Both the position numbers and the translations under genes were made by a program. The notes under the pieces were generated by a model. The model made no database searches. It was not told the DNA's origin and worked only from the letters and a program-made list of their open reading frames with translations. From Eledone cirrhosa (taxonomy: Eukaryota), in assembly GCA_964016885.1 (NCBI GenBank), contig OZ024743.1:155310001-155374000 (forward strand): a stretch of 64,000 bases of DNA, given 5' to 3'. Below, piece after piece: positions 39,433 to 51,288 of the stretch. The number at the start of each line of letters is the position of its first letter. Positions within the stretch are counted from its first letter, which is position 1.

Positions 39433-40299
39433 CTCCTCTTTGATGTGAAGTCACGTATTACTAAAAGGCAAAGATTAGATCTATACTAGCTGATGGCCGT
39501 CGCTGCTGCTTAGTAGCTGGCTAAACATACCTTCCCATTTGTGGGAGGCTGACACCAGCTGAGGAAGCAATAAAACACCTAATTACTCATTGTCCTGTCG
39601 ATATAACCTTATCGTGTCCACCGGTGGTTCCACTGGGGCTATTTTTAATAGATCGGAATTGCAGAAACTAGGTCTCGGTTCGGGAATATGATATGTTAAT
39701 GACAAACCTTCATGCACCCGTCTTTCTTACTAACTAACGGAGATTTACACTCTAGGTATTGTGTTTGTGTTTTTGATAATACAGAGTTAATTATATCATT
39801 GATTAAGTAAGACAGTGCCTGAGGTGGTGTCGATATATTTGACTAGTTTCATGTAGCTATTTATCTAATTTTCCAGGCGACGAGGAGCCATTTGAATTCT
39901 AAGTTTAACCTTTTTTTTATTTATACTAGTTTGATTTATGTAAATATAGTTTGAAACTCTTTCTTTGTTTCTCTACAGAAGCACCTTGGTTAAGTGCTTT
40001 GGCGAGATTGTAATTTTCCAGTTTTGAATTACAGCAATCATCTTCCCTAAAAATAGTCAGATCGGGCTCACTGCCTCTATGATGTGAAACCACCTGCCAC
40101 TAAACGTCAATGTATACTTTTACAATTGGTGAAAAATGTCAGTGTGGCGTAGAAGGGTGGTAATATAACTTACTATTCATGGGAGGCCAACAACCCCTGA
40201 GGAAGCATTGTTATGCCAAATTGTGTAATATCACGACATTTCATAATTTATGTGAAGTGTAGTAACAGTCAGCCTTCTCACCGATTACCAGATGTTATG

Positions 40300-40462
40300 G
40301 GTTTGTATTATGTATTGCCTTCCAGCATAAAGTTACGTCATGTAACGGTTGAAATCCCGCCGCGGTCAACTTTGTCTTTCATCCTTACTGGGTTGATAAA
40401 ATAAAGTACCTGTAATGCATTGGGATAATTGCTGGCCTTGTGCCAAAAGTAGAAACAATTAT
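40300..40462 (+). mobile_element. SINE, diverged
   Basis: gttgaaatcccgccg..ctttcatcctta..gataaaataaagtacc..ggccttgtgccaaaagtagaaacaattatt. Confidence 0.8.
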
Positions 40463-41433
40463 TTAATTAGATTTGTATAATACAAAGCTAGAGAAAACGC
40501 TGAGAGAATGTGAAAACGAGCGAGAATGTATTGATTAATTCAACTAAGTTCGTATACTATATATATATATATATGATATTTTGCTAATTAATAATCTATC
40601 ATAGTTCTAACTGTAATATATATTTCATTGAATTATCCTTTCGCTTTAGAATGCTAAATGGTTTTGGCCGAATTGTAACTTTATGTGGCAGAATATTTAA
40701 TTATATCAGCAAATTTACTAGAAATCTTACCCTTTAAATATTTGATTGATCTCCTTCAGTGAATTATTATTGCTTACAGAAACATTTCTCTACCTGTTGA
40801 AGTGTGACAAAACTATTGTCGTAAATCTGCTACATAGGAGGGACATTATGCTTACCAATATCATTGTGATTGTCAAAACGTTATATTAATTTACTTCATA
40901 TGGATTATCATAGTAATGAGCCTTATAAGCACGAAAACCTACGTAATTATATGAAATCGTTAAATTATTCGCACTGCCACAGGCATTATTTCCACACTAA
41001 CAGAATTCTCAATACCAATATCGACATCGCTAACTATCCATGACAAGAATACATTTCGCTTCATTTCTAAGAATACCACGTTCATTAATCACTATCTTCC
41101 AGAACATAAACTTAAAGGTGACTGTGGTGGCGATTGTTTTACTAGTATAAATCTACTACTTCTACCACAACCATTAAATTAAATTATGTTGCCACAAATA
41201 TTGCCACTGCTTAAACGCAAGTTGTGTTTTTTTTATATTTCCCTTAGCTAATACAGACGTAATAATCACATTGCCATTCGGCACACTCGTATCATAGCCT
41301 AACGACGTTTACAATATTATAAAACTTAACTCTGACTATACAAGAATAAAACACCGTTGATAATGTGGCTATTCGATAAATGTTGAGATCACGGCTCTCA
41401 ACAATAGATTACGATTCTAATCTAAACTATAAT

Positions 41434-41620
41434 TGTTTCTACTTTAGGCACAAGGCCAGCAATTACCCAGTGCATTACTGGTACTTTATTTTATCGACCC
41501 CGTAAGGATGAAAGGCAAAGTCAACCTCAGCGGGATTTGAACTCAGATCATAAAGGGACGTAAATATGCTGGAAAGCATGGTGTCCGACCCTCTACTGAT
41601 ACTGCCAATCCACCGCCCTT
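41434..41620 (-). mobile_element. Full-length SINE with 20-bp target-site duplication
   Basis: attctaatctaaactataat at 41414-41433 and 41621-41640 flanks the element. Confidence 0.95.
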
Positions 41621-41719
41621 ATTCTAATCTAAACTATAATAAAGGAAGGTCTGTGGGACTGCGTACGGTTTATTTTTGTGTTACCCCGTTAGTAAAATAA
41701 GTTGCATTACTTTGAATAA

Positions 41720-41808
41720 ATAATTGTTTCTGCTTTTGGCACAAGGCCAGCAATAACCCAGTACATTACTGGTACTTTATTTTATCGACCCGTAAGGATG
41801 AAAGGCAA
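41720..41808 (-). mobile_element. SINE 3' half
   Basis: Nin core and tail only. Confidence 0.85.
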
Positions 41809-42275
41809 TGAATGAATATTACATAATTTATCTACTAAATGTCGTGTACTAAATTTCGTAAACAAAAATAATTTCGTAAAAATAAATAATTTAAAATTGA
41901 CTTCTTTTCAAAGTTGCACTTACGCTATATCGTCACCACTACCATCACTTCAACTACCATATATATAGAAAGAGAGAGTGTGTGATGTCAACAATTCCGG
42001 TGCCGATCGCTTAAATAAACATACTCATTTTCTGTCACTAATTTTCTCCTAATGCAGTTTATATATAATATCGTCTTTTTTTAATGTATCATGGATTACG
42101 TTACTGATTACATAAGACAGTGCAACGTAGTATTCGTTCAATTTCTGTGTATATTGTCAATTACCATTTTATTTGATGTATCATATCTACATGTATATAT
42201 ACTTGCTTATAATATCAATATACACACTACACATGCTAGCAGAAAAGCACCCGAAATGTGGTTTTTCTGCAAGTA

Positions 42276-42665
42276 ACAATAATAATTGTTTCTACTTTTA
42301 GAACGAAACCAGCAATTACACCAGTGTATTGCTGGTACTTTATTTTATCGACCCCGTAAGGATGAAGGACAAAGTTAACCTCGGGGCAATTTGAACTCAT
42401 ATCGTAAAGGGTGTTAACTCTATGCTGCAAAGCATGGTGTCCGACCTTCTACAGATACTGCCAATCCACCGCTCGAACAACAATAATAATTGTTTCTACT
42501 TTTGGCACAAGGCCAGCAATTCACCAGTAAAATAGTGGTACTTTATTTTATCGAACCCGTAAGGATGATAGGCAAAGTTATCCTCGACGGGATTTGAACT
42601 CAGACCGTAATGGGACGTAACTATGCTAGAAAGCATGGCTTCCAACCCTATACCGATACTGCCAA
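42276..42665 (-). mobile_element. Two tandem SINE copies (42276-42472, 42480-42665)
   Basis: Both show A/B boxes, Nin core and tail; each has an (aat)n tract at its 3' end. Confidence 0.92.
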
Positions 42666-42837
42666 TATAATAATGAAGCATAATCATCATCATCATCATC
42701 ATCATCATCACCTCATCCTCATCATCGTTATCGGTATCGCCATTGAAAAGATACTCAGAAACGATTATCCTATATTTACTCAGTCATATTTTCACACGTC
42801 ATCTGGCTTCAGTTCATAAACATTATTTTGTTAGGAA

Positions 42838-42967
42838 ATTGGCAGTGAATTGGCAGTCTGAGTTCAAATCCCGCCGAGGTTAACTTTGCCTTTCATCCTA
42901 AAGGTCGATAAAATAAAGTACCGGTAATGTACTGCGTAATTGCTGGCCTTGTGCCAACAGTAGAAAC
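42838..42967 (+). mobile_element. Internally deleted SINE with 16-17 bp TSD
   Basis: cattattttgttaggaa at 42821-42837 and 42968-42984. Confidence 0.9.
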
Positions 42968-43439
42968 CATTATTTTGTTAGGAATTAAAGCAATATTTTA
43001 TTCATCGAACTTATTTTGATATAAATGAAAACAAAAAAAATCATATAATCACTATATCTAAACTTTCTAAACACTATTTAAGTATCCCAGTGAAGGCAAG
43101 CGGAGACACCTCACACATATGCATTCAAAAATATGACAATGTGCGTGACAAATTATGTCCGAAATATTTCAATTTTAGATTTCGTAGAAATTGAAGGAAT
43201 AATGAACAAACACATTCAGCGTTTTCCAGCCCATAGAAAGCATTAAAAATTACACATTTATTACGTTCGAGAATTTTACATATATATTATTGACACAATT
43301 ACTTTACTAATATATTGTACTGAGTATAATATTTGAGTAGACGACGTTACGAGCTATTTTCACCTCAAATTCGAATCATATTTTGATGAGTTTAAGAATG
43401 CATGGATGATCCCGTGACTCCTGAATGATTCGTAGGGTG

Positions 43440-44210
43440 CCGTAAAAAGATATGGCGATTCTAGAGCATCTTTAAATAGGCTGGAATCATATAACAACGC
43501 CATGTCAGTTAATAGGGTCTTCTCTGACACACTTTTTTACTCCCCTCCTAAACCCAACGCTACTAGAAAAATAATTCGTAATAATATAAAAAAAAAAAAT
43601 AATAATATGGTTGTGCCCGTCCTTCTCACTCAGTTTAGAACTAATTTAGGTAAGACATTCCTAGCTCTCCTAGATAAGCACTAAATTTCATAAATACCGA
43701 TCTATGTTTAAAAGACACAGGGTGAAACTTACATAGCCATATGTTAAACATATGAAAGCGCACATCCCCGACAAGACTAAGAGCTCAGCCAAACCTAGAT
43801 GCTCTTGCTGAAAGCCAGAAGCATGCTTTATTCATAAACAGTGCAACACAACCGCTCGAGTTTATGACTTTGTAGTCACGTCTACCCAGCCAAACAAAAA
43901 ACAAGACAACAAATTATGTGTAGGTATTACGGAGGGCCGGTTTACAAAAGGCTTCCTTAAAACCCAGACGACGCTTATATACCCGGACAAAAGATCGTCC
44001 ACGAAGCTCGAAAGGTACATATGGTCACTGAAGGATGTAGGCATGCATTACTCTATTCAAATGAAAATTCTGACCAAATCTAGGTCACACCGTAATGGGA
44101 ATTTTTTTTGTGCATCGAAGAAGGAATAAATAGATTACTAAGTGTACCTGTCTTAATTCAAGATCTGATTTCTATAATCGCTGTCCTCACGCAGCCAAAC
44201 AATATTGTAT
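43440..44210 (+). mobile_element. Naiad-type PLE relic, RT thumb/linker + GIY-YIG
   Basis: IIWLCP/PFS.QFRTNLGKTFLALLDKH, CSC*K..C, VGITEGRF, STKLERYIWSLKD, LNSRSDFYNRCPH. Confidence 0.8.
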
Positions 44211-44334
44211 CCAGAACAATCTCAATTGTCTCCATCTCATGTGTCTAACATGAGTTAAATCACCTTACCAATTTTCTTTTCCACAACCGATTCTTTGCTT
44301 AAAATGTAATCTGTTTTAAAACAAATATATATAC

Positions 44335-44427
<93 letters not shown>

Positions 44428-44627
44428 TATATGTATATATGTGTGTGTGTGTGTGCGTGTGTGTGTGTGTTTGTGTGTGTTTATATGAACAGATTAAAGT
44501 TTAAGCAAAGAGTCGCTGCTTTCACCCTTAACGGGATCTTCTGAAACTATCCACTACACCACTTTTAATGTCCAACGCACAAGGTGAGATATTCATTCGT
44601 GTGGATTGTAGTTACATGTGTTTGTTC

Positions 44628-44718
44628 CATCTCTCGCTGAGGAAAGCCTACGGATTATCTGTTACAAACACAATTTTCAGGGCGAAACAGATTAAATCTA
44701 TAATCTGTCCGAGAGATG
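44628..44718 (+). ncRNA. Type I hammerhead ribozyme, intact core
   Basis: Stem I catctctcg/cgagagatg (9 bp); CTGAGGA 44637-44643; stem II gcc/ggc with 32-nt loop; GAAA 44684-44687; stem III cagatta/taatctg; GTC with predicted cleavage after 44709. Confidence 0.85.
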
Positions 44719-44928
44719 AAATGGTTATTGATACGGTCTTTATATATATATTATATATCTTACGTTTGCTTCAGGTTAAATCTATCAAACCAATGTGGTA
44801 TTTCTACCCTCGTAATTTTAGAGACAAATTACTGTGTTTATTTCTACATATATATAATGCGCAGTATTTATACTTTGAGCTTGTTAATTGCAGGGTATCA
44901 ATAAGAGTTAGTAACTCTGTATTTTATT

Positions 44929-44979
<51 letters not shown>

Positions 44980-44994
44980 GAATGTGTGTATGCA

Positions 44995-45845
44995 TGTAGA
45001 CCACGTTACGTACTCGGCATCTGTTGTTGAGGGGCATGTAGGTCTATCAGGGCAGTTAAACCTCCTGGTCGGCCCTCTACTGATTTGAAACTGCACTGAT
45101 ATATCTACGTTCCCTCTCAACAACAGATACCGAGACCGTAACGTGATCTACCAATGCAACGTGAGGACGGACCGCTTCAATAAAAGCTATATAGGATTAA
45201 CCGCCCAGACTTTAAAACCGGGCACTACCAACACCGATATACGTTAATAAACCTGGCCCGGCGACATGCCACTACACTTTCGTGCCACATCCGGGACTTC
45301 AAGATAATAACATCACATACCATCTTATTGGAGCTTACTCTACATGGCTAAACCCTACACGGGAGGACGCTGTCCGTATAACATATGCTCATATAGCAGC
45401 TGTCTTAATTCTGTTTTTTTTTATTATTTTAATTTTTTGTTTTTTTTTTATTTTATTTTATAATTTATCATTTTCAGATTCCGGTAAAATTATTTTTTCG
45501 CCTGCTTTCTAGCTAGCCTAATTCATTCACACTCCTTAGAATTTGCTGTACAGAACTTATTTTCAACGCTTGACCGGCTTCACCCACTCCCTCATTGTTC
45601 TACAGGCAAGTTCAACCACCCCCTCCCTACCCACCACCATGAACGATTTAACTGTATTTACAAGAAATTGTGACCAATCCTTTTGACAACTACAACCTGA
45701 AGAAATGGATGATTATCGCATGCCCATATATGGATTTATCCCTTGAAAAGTTCGGCTATTTACGACCACGCTAAAAACCTAATTTAGTCCAGGAATAGCC
45801 GATGTAACGGCTTGTGCTCAGCCGTCGGGGTACTGAATCTTTTCC
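44995..45845 (+). mobile_element. 5'-truncated PLE (GIY-YIG part and tail) preceded by an inverted duplicate of its own 5' end
   Basis: 45089 onward reads NCTD..PLNNR..NVIYQCNV..KSYIGLT..HATTLSCHI..AKPY; 44997-45057 is its reverse complement (NCPDRPTCPLNNRCRVRNVVY). Confidence 0.82.
45692..45815 (+). ncRNA. Degenerate hammerhead motif with long stems II and III
   Basis: CTGAAGA 45697-45703; aatggat/atccctt; GAAA 45745-45748; tcggctatt/aatagccga; GTA 45804-45806; stem I and the base of stem III are imperfect. Confidence 0.55.
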
Positions 45846-45876
<31 letters not shown>

Positions 45877-45985
45877 ACGTACATACATATATGTGTACGG
45901 ACGCACAGTACTATGTATATATATATATACATACATGAACACATACATATATGTACGTCTGGGTTTACCGAACATTTATTATAAT

Positions 45986-46169
45986 TATTTCTACTTTTGG
46001 CACAAGGCCAGAAATTATCCCAGTACATTACTGGTACTTTATTTTATCGACCCCGTAAGGATGAAAGGAAAAGTTAACCTCGGCGGGATTTGAACTCAGA
46101 ATTGCAAGGGCCGTAACTCTATGCCTCAAAGCATGGCGTTCGACCCTCTACCAATACTGCCAATCCACC
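45986..46169 (-). mobile_element. SINE with 8-bp TSD inserted in a locally duplicated repeat
   Basis: attataat at 45978-45985 and 46170-46177; the uninterrupted paralogous site is at about 46687-46705. Confidence 0.93.
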
Positions 46170-46268
46170 ATTATAATGTTCGGTTTGTTTTTAAACAAAC
46201 AGCCCGAATTATGCCGTATTGTGCTCGGCAACCAGCGTCACCCTTTTGTTCAACACTGACATGGGAAT

Positions 46269-46307
46269 GATGTACTAGTTTCAAACTTATTAGCTATCGT
46301 CAGCATC
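46269..46307 (-). ncRNA. Minimal type I hammerhead motif
   Basis: Minus strand gatg-CTGACGA-tagc taataa gttt-GAAAC-ta-GTA-catc; palindromic CTAG stem III. Confidence 0.65.
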
Positions 46308-46431
46308 GTATACATATCTGTCAGATGATTGAACTTCTGAAAGTATATACTTTCCTCATGCATATTAACGGCCTAGCAGCCTAATTTGCATACCGAGTGA
46401 GATAGTCGTTCCGGCATACCGAAAACGATAA

Positions 46432-46928
<497 letters not shown>

Positions 46929-48091
46929 TATATATATATGTATATTATAAAGAACGAGGATTAAGTGTTGCATCATATCATATTTATATATGTATATGTG
47001 TGTGTGTGTAAGAGTATAGATATTTAATAACGCGTGTCATTTCTCTAAAATTATATTTGACTTTCTCATTGATGCTTGACTTCTTACATCTCATAATTAT
47101 AATAGTTTCGATATACTCACTCATTTTATCAAATGTTATCATAAGGTTACCATAACCCTTCATCATATAGAATATATATTGCCACAATTTTCACGTCTAG
47201 GTTCACAATTAATGTATTTCAATTTAAATGCGTAGATATATAAAGGTCTATTTCATCTATAATCTGCTGCAAGCTGATGAAAATTCAGAGTAACATTAAA
47301 CTGCGAGTTATTTTCATTTAAGTGTCTCTGATGATAATGATCTATGTCAATATATTCATATCAGTATTCTTAATAGTTCCATTATATATTAACAATAAAA
47401 TTCAATATATATTTCTAAATTAGAGTATAATTGGCTCGACGGCAATAAATACTTATCCATAACATTAATCTTTTTTAGAGACATTTTAATTTTTATCATT
47501 TATGTATATGCTAGTTATTATTAAAATATGTATAAATATTTTCATGGAATTCATAATAAATCTATTGCCAATAGAGGAGCAACTGTTGATACCTGGCAGG
47601 TACGATGTCGATAAGGATTGTTTCTGGCACTTTGGATTAAAACTTTAAATTAATTATGGTAGGCCTCGTGAAATGGATAGTTCAATATTGCATATCCTAT
47701 CATTACAATCTAACTTATTAAAAACTCTTAATTCTCCGATACCCAGCTTATTTCTGTGAAATTCCGGAACGAATGTACCTGTTGTCATGTTTCCATACAT
47801 ATGACATCTATATCTTTTATGAGAAGTTATGTCCGTGATTGTGGAGGATGAAGACAGCAAATGGAATTATTAAATAAATATTGTATTATTTAGCAGTGAT
47901 GTAATGCCCTCTCTCATTTGATGTATATATGACACAATAGAAACGCTACGTTGCAACTATATTTTTGATCTGAGTTAAGCACATATATTAGTATAAATGA
48001 TTACATGTTCGCATTTTACCTGTGTGAAGGTTAATATACTTGTGTGAAATGTAAATGCATATAGTCATTAAATAAACAGACGTTTATGAAT

Positions 48092-49260
48092 GTACCGGGA
48101 ACACGCGAAATTTTCCAAAGTTTAGTATCTCAGGAATGGTTGAAGATAACTTAATGGAATTTTTTCACGGGGTTTTCTAACACCATTGGACTCTACTTTG
48201 AAAAACTTTGATCACTCTCCAAGCTCACCCGAAGTTTTTGCGATGAAGTTGATCCTGTAAGTAAATGAAATTTTCATAAATAATTAATCATAACTCAGGA
48301 TTGGGAGCTTATAAAGGATTGGAATAAAGTTCGAATGGAATCTTAACGTTTTATTCCAAAGTGCCAGAGACAATCTTGGCCGACATCGTACTTGTTAGTC
48401 ATCAAGAGTTGCTCCTCTATTGGCAATGACATTTTGTGTTGTTCCCAAACTCATTCCTTAGAAATGTTTGATCCACTGCACTTGTCTCACAAGGGGCTCA
48501 TTTGAAGTCCTTAGCCATCTTGTTGTGGCATCCCTCGTTTCTTGCCTCAGGATATTAAGAAAGCAACCAGTTCTTTACATCTGGCAAAACCTAAACATAA
48601 CAAACTCTTGTCACTCTCTAATCCTTCTCAAACTTGATCAATGGCATTTTGCTGCCATCGGAGGCCACGCATGCTATAATTATCAATTTGGCAGGGTGGT
48701 TCCACTTGAAATTGACATTTTTGTCTCTCTCCTGAAGATCTGAAACCAAAACGCTGATGTTGCGTCGGTTTATGTGTGTATATTGGGTGAAGGTTTTCTC
48801 ATCTGAGTAGAAGATCACTCCAGGATTATGTTTCACTTTGTTGATGATGATCTTCGCCCTCTCCAAACTTCCAACCCATTTTCATGTAGTAAAAATGGGG
48901 AATCACAGGTCTCACGTACAATGTTCGTTTCATTTCTTCTCTCACTGGTCTTTAAACAGACATAGCTAAACTGCCCGCTTTCCATGCCAAGCGTCTTACG
49001 GATTGTGTTATATCTCTTCTTATTGATCTCTTCAGTTCCAGATAGAAATGATAATCCCTCTAGCTGTCATGACGTCCTGATCCAGTTTTCCTCTCCATTT
49101 TTCCCTTTTTCTCAAACCTATTCACAATTCTCTTAATGTTTCTTGAATGGACTTTAAAGGTCGAAGCCAGAGAATGAATGTTGATACAGTTACTGTAGGC
49201 TTGGATGACGTTAGCCAACTCAGGATTGGGCAGTTGGAAAGACATGGTGAGGCTGGCACA
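48092..49260 (-). mobile_element. Tc1/mariner-superfamily transposon relic (DD37D/maT-like)
   Basis: HTH region IKRIVNRFEKKGKMERKTGSGR; IFYSDEKTF..NRRN..NHPAKLIIIACVASDGSKMP; many disablements. Confidence 0.8.
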
Positions 49261-49540
49261 AAAGGTTTCAGCCTATTCGCTTTCTAGCTAAATATCTTAA
49301 TAGGTATTTCGCCTTGACCCTTCCCACCAATCAAAAAAACTCGTTGAATATCTGACTTTATTACATAGCATGTATTTCATTTTCTTATAGCGTTTCAGGA
49401 AGATCCGTCGAGCTGCGGATTATTGAGTCGGGTAAGATCGATATAGGTCGAACCTTGAGCTGATCAGTGGCGAAACGCGCGTCACCTATCAATAAAGGCA
49501 ATGAAGGAATAATCAGTTGTCCTTTTTATCCTTTCTATAA

Positions 49541-49613
<73 letters not shown>

Positions 49614-51241
49614 AGCAATTATTGTCTTGGAGCAATTTGAGAAAGAAATGTATTACATTTTCTTTATCTCTCCAAGATTGATTGCAATAGAGAATTATCC
49701 AAAACTGGTTTGTTCCCAGAAACTACAGTAAAGCAATTGTGCCAGTATATATTTACGGATACGATTGCATCAACGATACAATGCAATGATTTGATTCAGA
49801 AGAGTAGAGAATTATGTCTCGTCGTTGGACTATGCTAATATAATCAAATTCGTTTCATATTTGATTTTCGAGATTGATAAGGTGCTTGAAACCAAGCCAA
49901 TCAGCACCTGTCACTATTAACAATATTAGTTAATGATCATATATGAGTTTTTAAATACAATGTGAACTGTTGCAAGCTATCGGCCATATATGTTTCATAA
50001 TCAGAATCAGCACCAATATATAAAGGCTATGCAGAACTTGACCAAAATAGTAATACTGATAGGAAGTAGATTACTCGAGACTGGCAAGCTTGGGAAAACC
50101 TTATTGATTATAGAATTCTTCTTATTCTCTCAGCGGTTTATATGTATCTCTTATTTCTTAACACAATGTACGTTGATGTAAATATCGATGTCTGCCGGGA
50201 AATTATATAAGCATATTTAGTCCATGAAGTAAAATTACATGCCTCTGATAAACTATCGTATAAATAAAAACCATTTTAAAAAACTCTCTATTTACTCACA
50301 AAATCAAATATATTACTACGTTCCCACAATAAGAAATAATTGGGAATGCGGTCAAAGCGCGTTGTTGCATTTTGAAACGTTTTTAAATCGAAAATGCATA
50401 GACTTACTGTGGTTTATTTGAAAGCAAACAAAGATGGAAATAAAAAGTGTGTATCATTTTGGATCTATTTTGATCTTACCTCTGCAATTCGTATAAACCA
50501 TTATGACGCGTGTCCTCATGATGCAATTCGGTTTTTCTATACACAAGTAAGTACCTCTTAAATTGCTCAGGTTAAATTGTGGGATTCCGAAATCCAGGAA
50601 TAGAATGCAGATTTACTTTTATATTTGCATCACATATCTTCTTTTCCAATTGCTGGGTAACGTTTGTGAATATATGTATATTGATTTGGCTGTAGGTATT
50701 TTGGTATCACCATATTGCTGTACGTGATGCATCTGTGTAAGTTGGCGTAATATATGTTTTCATGTGTAAACATTCGTGTGAAGTTATACTATTATGCAAT
50801 ATATTGCATTGATATTTCGGTAGCTGTTTGTGATTATAATACACACACTCACACACACACACACACACACACATACATACATACATTCACACAAATATAT
50901 ATATACTTAGTTTTTTAATTTGTTTTGCAAGATATAAAATCTTGGGTGCTGAGACAGATAGTCTTATACTGTGGAAGGGACACGCTGCCAATAAAAACAC
51001 ATGCCCCTGTTGGTTTTCACTTCAATTTATTATAAATTCCCGGTTGGTTGGTTCAATAATCTTATGTTGTTTTATATATTGTCGAAGCTCTTTAGTCACA
51101 CATTCTGTGAACCCCTCTATCACTGATTTCTTATTGTGTGTCCCTCCATATTTGTTTCCACCATCTTGTTTTTGTGTATTTTTATTCAGTTTACTTTGTT
51201 TGCCCATGCGTTATATCCGTGTGTGTGTGTGTGTGTGTGTG

Positions 51242-51288
<47 letters not shown>

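Noticed and set aside
39490-39570. Hammerhead-like layout ctgatg-gcc..ggc-taaac..cttccca/tgggagg
   Set aside because: Both core boxes are broken and there is no cleavage triplet or stem I; at most a fossil
43800-43830. In-frame TGA in the Cys-rich motif of a Naiad-type PLE (tgc tct tgc TGA aag) as selenocysteine, which some Naiads encode
   Set aside because: The TGA follows the CxC, at the position usually occupied by Arg, consistent with CGA-to-TGA decay; the relic has other disablements and I see no SECIS
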